From: Octopus vulgaris
Taxonomy: Eukaryota
Direction: 5' to 3'
Assembly (NCBI GenBank): GCA_951406725.2
Contig: OX597831.1
Location: 50,902,001 to 50,966,000, forward strand
DNA length: 64,000 bases
Part shown: positions 1-12,948 of the stretch, one piece after another
Position numbering within the stretch: position 1 is the stretch's first letter
Layout of the letters: every line of letters begins with the position of its first letter
Notes under the pieces: generated by a model
The model's database searches: none
What the model was told of the DNA's origin: nothing
The model's input: the letters and a program-made list of their open reading frames with translations, nothing else
Program-made: the position numbers and the translations under genes

Positions 1-505
1 TTTCTCTAAACCCTTGTTTAAATTATATCAGACACTGAGACAATGTCCATCTGATCATACCCTGTCATAATTTGATATATCATAAATTAATATGTTGAAG
101 ATTCACCCCATTCATACACATGTTTATAATGATTGCATACAAAAATTATTGTAATGTTAGACATAAGCAGCAATAGGGCAGAGATTGCCTTGCAACTCAT
201 AGCTAATAAGGGAGACTCTACGAAGTCGCTAGGATTATCAGAAATATTAGCCAATTTTCCATCAAATTTCATTCTACAGTCTTGAAAAAATGGAGGGGAG
301 ACTCGTTAGTTAATGTGTTGCTAGATATACAAAAATCTCTAAAAGACGACAGAACGGCCATAGTTTGAAGATCTTTGATCAGCTGAGGTCTAATTGGAAG
401 TAAAATGTTAACACGACAAGCACTTTATCAACTCCGGGAGAATGTTTAAAAAACGCCGACTAGAATGGTGCTTGGATGCAGAAATGTTAAAGACATGCGC
501 TGATA

Positions 506-1074
506 CTGGGTTGTCCGGAAAGTTCGTGCCGATTTTTAACGGAAAGAAAAAGGTCAATAAATACTTGCCATTACAGTTTTTAATCAACCAAATATGAAAC
601 CATTTTGTTGCACAATGCGTCTCCATCTTTCCTTTAACTTGAAAATACCCTCTTCCCAGAATTGAGGTGGTTTCATGGCAAATAATTCATCAAGGTATCT
701 TTTTACGTCATCCAAGGAATTGAAATTTTTACCATTAAGACTATTCTGCAGAGACCTGAATAAGTGAAAATCTGAAGGCGCAATATCTGGTGAATATGGA
801 GGGTGGGGGTAACACATCCCAGCCGAGCTGCAGCAACTTTTGTCTGGTTCCCAAAGTATCAACTGCCGAAAATGAACTTTCTTATCATCCATTATAAAGG
901 GTTACAGAATTAACACAGGTTATAGGAACATAAATCTTCTTCCACGAAAAGATAGCTTAAACTGTGCTTTAAATGGCGGTGTAGTCAAATCCTATTTTAT
1001 GGACTCAACCATGTTCTAAAATAAGTCGAAAGGTAAGCTACTATAAATCGGCACGAACTTTCCGGACAACCCAA
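506..1074 (-). mobile_element. Internally deleted mariner transposon (non-autonomous)
   Basis: ~30 bp TIRs (ctgggttgtccggaaagttcgtgccgattt at 506; reverse complement ending at 1074), TA on both flanks, transposase remnant inside. Confidence 0.93.
584..892 (-). pseudogene. Mariner transposase remnant, N-terminus fused to C-terminus
   Basis: HPPYSPDIAPSDFHLFRSLQN (mariner YSPDLAPSD motif) and a C-terminal RWRRIVQQNG; N-terminal MDDKKVHFRQLILWE. Confidence 0.9.
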
Positions 1075-2069
1075 TATAACGTACATTCCCGGATGCGCTA
1101 CTAGTTCTGCTACCGTAGGCCTGGTATTAGGTGTTAATAATATAGAAATATTAGGTTGCCGACAATTCTGCTTGCTAATTTATCCTTCTAACATAAAAAA
1201 AATATAACATAAAACATCTATAATACCCTATTACTGCAGGGTTTAACGGGGTTTATTTAAAATCCTACATTTGAAATATTTGTTTATAATTCTTTATTTC
1301 TGTAATTGATAAGAAAGTTACATTCGTCAATTCAAGGAAATATTCTGTTTTACAGTGGTTAAAGAAACTATTTTCATTTGTTGAAGCTGAAAACTGTAAA
1401 AAAAAGTGAATCGCTTTTAATTAGTCTTTGAGCTCCTTCACAATGTTGTACATAATCGGCACGCCTGTGCAACCGTGATTCATCTTGTTCAATCAAATAT
1501 TTTTTCTTAATGCTATTAGCAAATACGTGATGTAACATTAAAGTCAATATAATGTCTTTTTCTTTGATTTTAGTACTCAAGCGTGTAGTTTTTGATTCAC
1601 AGAAAATACTTGCGAAATTTCATGAGCATTTTGTTGAATGATTTAAGAGGAATGATGAATCGGAACAGTTTCCTACACCTCCAGAAAAGGTTGAAGTGGT
1701 GTGAAAAGCATATAACAATAACTGATACACGGGGAGTACTGAATGGCTTAGCTAAGGGAAAATTTCCGCGCTTTCAAAGGCCTGTATTCGGAAATACCAG
1801 AATTATTCGACTAAGATTTAACTGGTGTATACCGCGGTAGTGCACAGGAGGAGATTTCCCTGAAGTGTAAACAAGGTTTAATCAACCTCAAGCAGACAAC
1901 GGAAACATGGCCGATCATTTTAGACCATAAATTTGCTTAATGTAGTGATAGAGATTTGAATATGTTATCGCCAAGAGATCGATGTTTGTTCTTTGAAGCG
2001 TAATTTGACCGACACAAACTTGTGTGATTCCGTATTTCATCCCAAACAACTACCACTGCATGAGATATA

Positions 2070-2287
2070 CGAAGGAGTTCTGAAAAGTTCCTGGATTTAA
2101 GGCTTATTGCAAAAGGCCTGCTTGGAGGTCCAACCTTCTGAGTTTTTTTACTGGCCTTAGAAAAACTGAAGGACTGCTGCCATTAGTGTGTGAATCTGAG
2201 AGGGAAATATTCTGAATAAAATCATAATTAACTTATCCTCCTATATCTTTTTTTTATCCAAAGCCAGGAACTTTTCGGCACCCCATG
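2070..2287. mobile_element. Mariner-type MITE (~215 bp)
   Basis: TIRs cgaaggagttctgaaaagttcctgg / ccaggaacttttcggcacccc, 5' TA; reverse-oriented relatives at 54515 and 54811. Confidence 0.75.
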
Positions 2288-2560
2288 GAATTATAGATTC
2301 TGGTTTTGATTTCCAGTAGTGGATTTTTGATCGATCTATCCTTTTCTATGGCTGTCAACTACTCACAGTTTACACAGTTTCTTTATTTTATTGAAATGCG
2401 TTAGTCCACTTTCAGTCACGTGGGCGTGATCAGGATCCCTCCACAACAAAATTAAGTACCAGAGAAACACTGGAGGGTCGATGTAATTGACTAGTTTCCT
2501 CCCCCAAATTGTCAGGCCTTGTATCTTTAATAGAAATGATTATTATTATTATTATTATTA

Positions 2561-2619
2561 TTCAGTAGTTTTATTTTTATTTTTATAGCGTGCTTTCACT
2601 TCACTACCGAGCGCAGCTC
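2561..2619 (-). mobile_element. Very short 3' end of an R4/Dong-like LINE within (TTA)n
   Basis: Reverse complement matches the 3' UTR at ~31610-31661 (agagctgcgctcggtagtgaa..gaaagcacgctataaaaata..aactactgaa). Confidence 0.75.
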
Positions 2620-2626
2620 TATTATT

Positions 2627-2706
<80 letters not shown>

Positions 2707-2719
2707 CATCATCATCAAT

Positions 2720-3117
2720 GTAGCGAGCAGGCAGAATCGTTAACACACTTTACGTTCTGAGTTCAAACTCCGCTGAGGCCGACTTTGCATTTCATCTTTT
2801 CGGGGTCAATAAATTAAGTACCTGTTGCGTATTGAAGTCGATCTAATTAACTGTCCCCCTCACCACCACCACCCAAATGTCAGACTTTATACCTTTAGTA
2901 GAAGGGGTTATTATTATTATTAAGGCACCGAGCTGGCAGAATAGTTAGGGATATTTCGTCCGCCTTTTCGTTCTGGTTTTGAATTCTGCCGAGGTCGATT
3001 TTGCCTTTAATTATTTCCGGGTCGATAAAATAAGTACCAGTTGAACACTGTGATCAATGTAATCGATTTACCTTCTCACTCCGAACTTGCTGGCCTTGTG
3101 CCAAAATTAGAAACCAT
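2720..3117 (+). mobile_element. Two degenerate copies of SINE family A
   Basis: ctggcagaat head, gttctgagttcaaa B-box-like motif and tttcatc..ggggtcgataaa..aagtacc core shared with 7632-7859. Confidence 0.75.
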
Positions 3118-3173
3118 TGTTACTATTATTATTAAGAGTATTATTATTATTATGATGATTATTATTATTATTA

Positions 3174-3214
<41 letters not shown>

Positions 3215-3751
3215 GAGTGAGAGAGCAGTGCATGCCATCAAAGTGACACTGGGGTAAAATATACGAAGCCCAATATACCCATCATGACTACCCGTCTGAT
3301 AAGGGTACACCAGGCACATGCATCACAACCATATGTGCGCGACATGGTGATCTCATATCAAGATAAACAGCACATGACCTTGCAGGTGGGGCCCAGTTAG
3401 AATTTTCTTCAGGTTGAGTAGCCCATCCCGCTCAAAAGGTCCCTGAATAAGGATTGTTTAAGGATGTTGAAAGAACCACCCATGTTTCCAGAGGTGAATT
3501 ATTCAAACCCCAAAGAATCCCTCTCAACACATGGCTATGATGCTCCCCCACTACTTCTGCTCGTGATCAGAGATGCACATATCGTCAGCTACTAAGGGAC
3601 ATGCTCAACTGGTTAAGGTCAAACAACTGACAAGCAAATCTGTGGTATTGAGCAGAATATTTGCTGTAGCCCATCTTTTATACCAAGACAAAACAATGTA
3701 CATGATAACACTTCCAATCAGTTAAGATCAGAAGCCATGAGAGCCACTGCC

Positions 3752-3753
<2 letters not shown>
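3215..3753. mobile_element. Unclassified ~540 bp insertion in a (TTA)n tract
   Basis: Complex, higher-GC sequence bounded on both sides by pure (tta)n; no recognisable ORF or TIR. Confidence 0.5.
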
Positions 3754-3820
<67 letters not shown>

Positions 3821-4020
3821 GGCGGCGAGCTGGCAGAATCGTCAGCATGCCGGGGGAAATTTTTAGTAGTATTTCGTCCGTCTTTACGTTCTGAGTTCAT
3901 ATTCTGCCGAGGCCGACTTTACCTTTCGTCCTTTCAGCATCGATAAATTAAGTACCAGTGAAACATGGGGTCGATGTAATCGACTATCCCACCTTCCCAC
4001 AAATTTCAGGCCTTGTGCCT
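3821..4020 (+). mobile_element. SINE family A
   Basis: ggcggcgagctggcagaatcg head and gtcgat..aagtaccag core. Confidence 0.8.
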
Positions 4021-4624
4021 TTAGTAGTAGTAGTAGTAGTAGAAGTAGAAATATCGTTGTTCTTGTTCTTGTCAGATATCATCATCCTTCACTTTGATCA
4101 CCCTTAACATTATCGCTGTAATTTGTGCTTAATCTCATCCTTGATGTCTGCTTAGTTTCATGTTTACTTCTGAAGTTTATGTTATGAAATCATCTGCAAT
4201 TACTAAAACGCGAATATTCTATCTATTATCCCGCCCTCGTAAAATATTTAGCTCCGTTCACAAACTACTGATTTACTTATAACTAAGCATACTGACACAA
4301 CACCAATTGATTTTGTATGAAACCTTTGCTCGATATACAAGTTTATTTCTATATACTATACCTAACTAGAAATATTTGCATCATTATTTTTTTGTTCTTG
4401 AAATTAAACTAAAGTTACACGCACAAAACTCCTATTCTTTCATCTCGATTATATCTACATCCATTTCTGTAAACTATTGGTCACATCGGTTGACTTTGAT
4501 CTCATAACATACCAAATAGCGTAATTATAAAAGATGCAGTTTAAACAATCCTCTTATATGCACATCTTTACACAACTATCTTTGTGCTTTTCCTCCTATA
4601 CGTGTGTGGTTATACACACACACA

Positions 4625-4689
<65 letters not shown>

Positions 4690-6271
4690 CAGAAAGTGAT
4701 ACAAACATACATAGTTACACACATACTCACGCACACACGCATACACACACGTATGTGTGTGTGTGCGTGTGCGTCAAGAGAACTCAACATTGTTTCCATT
4801 TGTTTTATTGTTTTCTTTGACTTAATATTTGTTCCTAAATTCTTCGATACTTTTCTCTGAATTATTGTCTGTAAAAGAAGACGGCTGCTATGTACGAGTT
4901 AAGTACATAAGAGAGAGGGGGGGTGCATGCGTCTGTCTGTCTGTCCGCGTGTGTCATGCGCACCCATGTGTGTATGCATGTACAGGAAACAGAAAGTGAG
5001 GCGGGTAGAGAAATAAAAATTTGAACTTCGTGCACTAGAATTATAAATAATAGTAATTGAAAGTATAGACAGCAATTAAAGACGTGGAAATACAACTCAT
5101 CAGCCGTTTTGTGTAAGAAACAATACAATTTCTACGCTTAAACCGCGGTTTCTCTCACCCCGTAAATGTCAGTGTTTAGAAATATTACAAGGGGGCAGCT
5201 AGTTTTTTTTAATCCTAGAGTACTACCCTTTTCGTATTAGATGATTATGACTTCGTGAATATTCTGCATTCCTCGCTAGCGGTGTTGAAAATCACTGACA
5301 CTTACACAGAAAGCGATCCTATATTTTGAGTGCTAAAATCTTGTTGACTCAAACGCAAAAACGGCAGACGAGGGTATTTTCACTCTAAACAGTTTTTGCT
5401 GCCCAGATTTATTTGTCTCACAAAGAATAATCAACGCATATCTACAGTATCCTTGCTCATTGTACTGCGTCTGTGGAATCGAACCATGCTCCACGAGTTT
5501 GCTATGCAAGCTCATGGCTATGTCTGCGCCTCTCTAAGAAAATATTATCGTTGCTGTTATTGTTGATGATTATATTGCTGTTGCCGCTGGATTTACAAAG
5601 AAAAGACGTATCTTAAAGAAGCCCCTCTTTGATTTGTTCAAATATTTATCTTCTCAAACGGAAATGAGATTTATTCTGTTTATTTTATTGCTTTTATATC
5701 GAGAGAGAAAGTTTAATTGTTATATAAATCTTCCTGATTTAGCATAAGAAAATATTGTTAATTGCAATTTGATTCTTCCATTACGGCAGAAATTCCATTT
5801 CAACATGACTACAGTGGTAGAGGTGAAAGATAATTTCAACAACGATGCCAGCCAACTTTATACTATTACTGTTACTGTAGCTACAGCTGCTGTTGTTGAT
5901 GATGATGATGATGACGACGACGACGGCGGCGGCAACGATGTGAAGAAGTAGTAAGAGCAGGAGGAAGAGGAGGAGGAAGATTATAAACGTGGATAGTTTG
6001 AGTACTATGAGCAGTTGTGTAAACAGCAGCTATGTTTCCATCATTAACAACAACGCCAGGCAAAACACTTAATTGAACAACAGTGACAACAGCAAGAACA
6101 AAAGACAAAATGTCCTATAAACATCTGTGGCAATGTTTACAACAACGATAGCGACAGCGGCCGTTGATACCACAGTATTACAGCAGTAATGTTATTCAAA
6201 ACCGTCTTCTGTGGGTGCGTGTATGTGTATGGGAGTGCGTGCGTATGCATGTGTGTGTGTGCGCGCGCGTG

Positions 6272-6460
6272 AAGGTGCATGGCCTAGCGGTTAGAGTGCT
6301 TTGCGCTCAAAATCACAACATCGTGGTTTCGATTACCAGACTGTCCTGTCCACGGTGCGTTGTGTTATTGAGCAAAGCATTTCCATTTCACATTGCTTCA
6401 GTTCACTAAGCTGTTCACTAAGGGTAACCCTGTGATGGTCTGAAATCTCCTTCTGCAGGG
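6272..6460 (+). mobile_element. Degenerate V-SINE-like element (family D)
   Basis: tggcctagcggttag A box, gtttcgattacc B box, ttgagcaaagcatttc; similar to 21762-22021. Confidence 0.6.
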
Positions 6461-6578
6461 AACCTTCGCCAGCCGAACTAACCCAGTGGAGTTGCATCAT
6501 TTGAAAGCTACAACAATGTGAGAAGCTGCAGTGTGATCCGCAGTGTATAATGCCATCAGATTTTGTAGTCGATACAGA

Positions 6579-6620
<42 letters not shown>

Positions 6621-6830
6621 TTTGTGTGTATTATTTTATTTTTTAACTTGTTGTTTCATTCATTTAACTGCAGCCATGCTGGAGCACCACCATGTATTTA
6701 TATATATATATAACGTACAAACAAATGACAGAATATATATATGCTTATATATATAATGTATTATCATATGATTGAATCTATGTATATAAACGTATAAGCA
6801 AATGACTGAATATATACATGCACATATGTC

Positions 6831-6834
<4 letters not shown>

Positions 6835-6887
<53 letters not shown>

Positions 6888-6980
6888 GTATGTATATATG
6901 TATGTATGTATGCATGTATGTATGTATGTATGTATGTATGTATGTATGTATGTATGTATGTATGTATGTATGTATGTATG
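6835..6980. repeat. (TA)n/(TATG)n microsatellite
   Basis: Direct reading. Confidence 0.95.
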
Positions 6981-7631
6981 TGAAAAGGTAAATAAAGTTC
7001 AATGTATCCTTTCCTTCGGAAGGTTCCAAAAGAGCGATTTCTAATCAAGATTCTTCATATTTCGTTGGTAGCTTACTGGCGTAACATTTTTGAGAAATAT
7101 GAAATTATTAAATGTATAAGGTATGAGATGAGAATTTATGGAAAAGTATTCCATACAAACTCAACACACTGTTAAAGAAGGAGAAGAGAAGATGCTAAAT
7201 TGTTTTTTAAAAGAATTTTAATACATGCACACTATCGTTTCGAACAGCAATATTAGTATGTAAATAACATGGTAGAATAATTAGAAGCTAATTAAATTAA
7301 ATTAATTACATATTACTGTTCTCCCCAGTGCAGAAAAAGAATGTATCAAAAAATTATTATTGTTACAGAAGGCTTGATGGAGGCGGTAGCAAATAACATA
7401 TTCAGATACAAATATTTTATCCTTTTGAATGCATCAAAAATTATTATTTTTTTTTTTATTTTTTTTTTTTTACATAAAAATGGAGGAAGTAGCAAATTAC
7501 ATATTCGGATATACATATTTTATTCTTATGGAAGATCATGAGCATACTCAAAACAAAATTTGTTATTGAGTCTTAAATCGTGCACTGCGATAAAAGGTAT
7601 AATTTGTTGTTGAGCCTAAAAGGTATAATAG

Positions 7632-7859
7632 GCGGCGAGCTGGCAGAATCGTTAGCAAGCCGGACGAAATGCTTAGCGGTATTTCGTCTGCGTTACGTTG
7701 TGAGTTCAAATTCCGCCGAGGTCGACTTTGCCTTTCATCCTTTCGGGGTCGATAAATTAAGTACCAGTTACGCACTGGGGTCGATGTAATCGACTTAATA
7801 CCTATGTCTGTCCTTGTTTGTCCCCTCTGTGTTTAGCCCCTTGTGGGTAATAAAGAAAT
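7632..7859 (+). mobile_element. SINE family A, apparently full length, with TSD
   Basis: tRNA-like head, gcctttcatcctttcggggtcgataaattaagtaccag core, aaagaaat tail; flanking direct repeat aggtataatag (7621-7631, 7860-7870). Confidence 0.9.
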
Positions 7860-10063
7860 AGGTATAATAGTGCAGATCTATACTATAATAGTGTAGATCT
7901 ATACTATAATCTCCTATACAATTAAATTACTATAATCTCCTATATAAATAAATTACAAAGAAATATTAGATTATAAATAGTGATGTCCTAAAATCTATTA
8001 ACATTAAAGCAAACAAATAATGAGTGAATATAAATTGATGACGTAACTGAAGTCTATGAACCATCTAGGCCTAGAATTAGTATGAAAGAGCACAAACTTA
8101 ATTTTCATACTGATCCAAAGGTAAGCCCCCCCCCCCACTACAAATCCGACATCGGAAAACTAAGCAAATTTATCTTAGACAAATACTTGCACTTACTGAA
8201 ATCCAAAATTAATCTTATCCTGTGGTTAAAAACTCTAGATACAATCAGCTGGTTCGCCATCATTCAAAATAAGGAAAAATGTAAATTCATAACTCGACAT
8301 AGACAACTATTACCCATCTATAAACCCTATATTACATAATAAAGCACTTATCTTCGCCAAGAACAGGACCAAATTATCAATGAATGAAATTAAAATCATA
8401 CTTGAAGGGAGAAAAACTATAATCTCACATCGAGGTAAATATTGGACTAGGAAGGATACTTCTGACTGTTTTGATGTACCTATGGGCGCGCCTGACTCCG
8501 CTAAAGTGACCGATTTAGTTGGAATTTACCTTCTACACTTACTTAAAGAAGAATTTCCTGAATTAGAAGGTAGTCTTTACCGCGACGATGCACTATTCTT
8601 AGTTAGAAATACCTCCAACAGGGAACTGAACTATACAAAAAAAGCTACATAATTTCTTCAAAAACCAAGGACTATCCATCACTAGTGAAAAAGATAATAA
8701 CACTGTGAACTTCGACGTTAACTTTAACCTTAATAGTTCATCATATCAACCTTACCATAAGCCTAACAACAACATCACATACATACATGCTCAAAGCAAC
8801 CATCCATATAATATTATAAGAAATCTAACCTCTCACATAGAAAGTAGAATTAACCTATTATCATCTAATGAAGAAACTTTTAATAAAGAAGGCAGGATAC
8901 AAATATCAAATTAAGTACAATAAAAACAATAACACCAATTCTAATTATACTAATAGTTGTCTCGATATGAACAACAGCCCATATTAGTGAACCTAAATCC
9001 ACTGCTGATTCAGTAAACCCAAAAAACAATAAAAATGTTTCAATAATAATAATCCTCAGCAATACATTTGCATTAGACTAAAATCCTACAACAAAAATAA
9101 ACATAATAATAAACAGATTCAATATGAGTGCAACAACCTTGACCTCACTAAAAGAAAAAATAATACTAATTTCACCAATTCACAAAACACAAACTACACT
9201 ATTAATAATGTAATAAAATCCAAGTATACTAACAATAAACACCGAAAACAATTAATTATAGATAAAAATAGAGACACTAAACCAATACACTTAAAAAATG
9301 AAATTTATCACATCACATCTAATCCTTCAAATAATTTAAATAACCTCAGAATTCATATTAATAGAGATAGGAACAATATAGAAAAAAAGAAACCTATACC
9401 ATATGTAAGAATAAATGACCCCCAAAGCATAACCCACTGCGATAATAACGATAGCAACAATAACATTACTTGGATCGTAATACCTTTTGCCAAACATCTA
9501 AAATCAAATTTTATTAGATCCATTAGAAATATTATATAAAAAGAAATATTATATAAAAAAAATTCCAAACTTGTGTAGGATAATCTCTTCATTTAGCAAT
9601 AAGAAACTGGACCAATTCTATTATAATAAAACTTCTTCTAATAAACCTAGTAACTTCATAAATTCTATAACTAATAACTACAATTATAAGAATAACTAAA
9701 ACACAATTTACCCCTAATACATATAGACATAGCAATATAGTACCAACTAAGAATTCAAATTGTAATTGTAGAAACCCTAATATTGTGAAGTAGATGGAAA
9801 CTGTAAAATGAAAGAAGTAGTATACCAAGCAACAATTATTACCCATAATCTCTCTAAATTTATTTACATTGGTTGTACGAAGAATTCTCTAAAATTAAGA
9901 ATTACTAATCATAAATCATCCTTTAATGACCTTCGTGAAGAGAATAGAACAGGTCTATCCAAAAAAGTTTGGCAACTCAAAAGAAACAATATAGATTACT
10001 CAATCTCTTGGAAAATATTGTCTTCAGCCCCATCTTATACACATAACAAAATCTGTAAATTAT

Positions 10064-10228
10064 ACAGTTCTATATTTAAGAGATGAGGAATTATATACAT
10101 TATTTACATTATTCACATTTGACATATATTTGTCATCTTTACGTCATATGCCCACGAGCATATGACGTGGTGGCTAAGAGCGTAGGCTACTAGCCCCAAG
10201 ACTTCGAGTTCGATTCCAGGCAGTGACC

Positions 10229-10312
<84 letters not shown>

Positions 10313-10456
10313 TCGAAAGATACTTAGAAATGAGAACCCAGGTCCGAAATTTCACCAAGATCCCTGATGAAGGCTGGAAGGTATATCAGCCGAAACCTTG
10401 TGTTAACAAATAAGATGAGGACAAATATCCGTCAAATAAAAATGATGTAGATAACT
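10064..10456 (+). mobile_element. tRNA-headed SINE-like element with (AAT)n linker and hammerhead-like tail
   Basis: TSD tgtaaattat (10054-10063, 10457-10466); gttcgattcc B box near 10208; CTGATGA-stem-GAAA at 10364-10395. Confidence 0.75.
10359..10404 (+). ncRNA. Minimal hammerhead ribozyme-like motif (degenerate)
   Basis: CTGATGA a GGCTG n10 CAGCC GAAA; the sister copy at 26637-26668 retains GACAC/GTGTT stem I and GAAACGTT. Confidence 0.65.
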
Positions 10457-12197
10457 TGTAAATTATGCCTAGAAGAGAGTTATAAAATAATATAAATGAA
10501 TGCTTCCCTTGTAAATTCTAAAGATGAAAAAGTTTTTTTCAAGTAGACATATGTCAGAATTCCTTTTTATTAATCTTAAATAATATCCCCCCACACACAC
10601 ATCTTAACTCTTATTATATTTTTCCTTCTCTTTCTATAGAAAGTTTTTGTTATAATACCTCTCTATACATACTAACCTTCTCTGTCGTATTAGATTATTA
10701 TTTTATTATAATATTTTGTACATCGTTCCATCTTATACTATAAGGATATATATGCATTACTTATCCATCCCCTCATATAAATATATGACCCACATTTTAT
10801 TGATCTAACATCCCTTCTAAATCTCTATAAACCTCCTTTTCTCTCAATTATATTTTTAGATCTTCCCTCTATATATACCTCCCTTTTCTGTAAGTTTTTT
10901 TTCTTTTGCATAATATGTACTTAAATACACCCTTCTCTTACCTATTCCAATTATTTTCATTATTTAATCTTAGTTGACAATCTGATACTTAATTACTTCT
11001 TGCTACTGATATATGTAAACACTTATAATACCCCTCGGTGTCCAATTTTTGCTCATATATATTTTTTCGTTATTTTCCCTTTCTTGTTTTCCCTTCTTCT
11101 TGGTAATCTATTCCATTTGTAAAATATGTACTTTAAAACATACCTCTCTTTACTATTCTAATTTTATTTTTGTTTAAGGCTTCTTGCCAGCCTTCCTGAT
11201 ATTTAAGTATATCTTACAGCTGATATATACTTATAGATATATAATAATAATTATTCTTGTTGCTTTACTCTTCTACAAAATGTATGTACTTACAGATATC
11301 GTTTATTTTTATTTTTTGCACCCTATACTCCATAAATATTTTTTTTCTTTTTTTCCCATTCACAATTCACTGTTACCTTATATCAGTTAGATAATCTTTA
11401 TTACTATACTTCTCACTTCTTTTATGCATAATTAGATTCTCAAATCTTATTCTATATTTTTATTAGCTATCCAAAACATAGTCAACCTACAATTATATAT
11501 TTTTTTTTTTAAATCCTTACGTCTTTGTCTCAGATGAATCTCTCCTACATTGTTTATCGCTTTATTTTTCGAATACCTTACATTTTCATTATCCTGAAAC
11601 GGTTTTTTTTTTTTTCAATATTTTTAGCCCCAGCAAGTATTTACTCTCTTAATTTCTGTAATATTAACAACTTTACTTCTATTTTTACTTGTTTATCTCA
11701 TATTTAATACACATAAATGAATATAAGTTTTTACACTTAAATAATTTTTTTCCAATATATAGAGCTATCCTCTAATTAACTCCGATTGTTTCGTTTGCAT
11801 TTAAGTTTTCATTTCTTTATTCTCACACAAAATTTCTTTTTCTTAAAAATAATTTCTTTAAATAAACACCATACCTTATATTACTTATATAACTGTCAAG
11901 TCATAAACTGATTTAAATATAACTATGCTATCTCATTGAACATCTCTATCGCTTTTCTATGATAAATGCTTTATTTAGAGTGTATATTTCTTAAATACTT
12001 ATTTTTAAATAGAGGGAATGTTTCTTAAACATCTTTCACTTATATTTTCAAATAACCGTTGGCCGCATCAGTTTTAGTTCTTTCCCAACTAGACTCAACA
12101 ACAATTATTTTTTTTTACTATGTTCATGATCTTCCATAAGAATAAAATATGTATATCCGAATATTTGCTACTTCCTCCATCAAGTCTTATGTAACAA

Positions 12198-12596
12198 CTA
12201 GCAGTATCGCCCGGCGTTGCTCGGATTTGTAAGTGAAATAACTATATAAGCATTTTTAGTGAGTTATAGCAAAAAAATAGCAAAAAATGCATTAAAAAGG
12301 GAATAAAAAATTATGGTAATTTTTTTTAAATCGTTGACTCATCGTAGACATTTTTAGAGAGTTACTTCCCTTATATGATAGCGAAAAAATGCATTAAAAT
12401 GGAAAAAATGTTGGTAATTTTTTTTTTTAATCGTAGACTCATCGTAGACGCGCGCTAATACCCATAAGGGCTCGATATGAATCACGACTATAAGATATCC
12501 GGTTTTGGTTAAACTGCACCGCAAAATGTGGGAGTAGTTAGGAATCTAAATCGTTGGAGACAGACACTCACACAACTTCACTTTTATATATATAGA
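12198..12596 (-). mobile_element. Non-autonomous Helitron
   Basis: On minus strand 5' TC(tatatatataaaag) and 3' gcaacgccgggcgatactgCTAG, inserted between A and T with no TSD; 3' end shared with 38539-38926. Confidence 0.85.
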
Positions 12597-12716
12597 TAAT
12601 AATAAGTTTTTAATGCAGCTATAAGGATAAAATATTTGTATCTGGATATGTTATTTGCTACTTCCTCCATCAAGCCTTCTGTAACAATAATAATAATTTT
12701 TGATGCATTCTTTTTC

Positions 12717-12842
12717 TGCACTGAGGAGAACAGTAATATGTAATTAATTAATTTAATTTAATTTAATTTAATTTAATTAATTTCTAATTATTCTGCCATG
12801 TTATTTACATGCTAATATTACTGTTCGAAACGATCGTGTGCC
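12717..12842 (+). ncRNA. Hammerhead-like motif in PLE pLTR
   Basis: tgca CTGAGGA gaacagtaatat...atattactgttc GAAA cgatcg tg tgc; ~12 bp stem II, but the cleavage triplet reads GUG; inverted copy at 7226-7332. Confidence 0.55.
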
Positions 12843-12948
12843 TGTATTAAAATTCTTTTTTTTTAAATGTTAACATCTCTTCTCCATCTTTAACAGTGTG
12901 TTGAGTTTGTATGGAATACTTTTCCATAAATTCTCATCTCATACTTTA

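Larger units (their letters stand above)
8050..10570 (+). pseudogene. PLE reverse transcriptase + GIY-YIG endonuclease, frameshifted
   Basis: DVPMGAPDSAKVTDLVG, LYRDDAL, YQPYHKPNNNITYIHAQSNHP, NCNCRN, VVYQA..YIGCT..RITNHKSSF..LSKKVWQLK..WKIL; resumes as CKLCLEE after the 10064-10456 insertion. Confidence 0.9.

Noticed and set aside
87-272. 61 aa ORF near the window start
   Set aside because: No similarity recognised and no supporting gene structure
4860-5300. Possible promoter or 5' UTR region with scattered CpGs
   Set aside because: No transcript or downstream exon evidence visible from sequence alone
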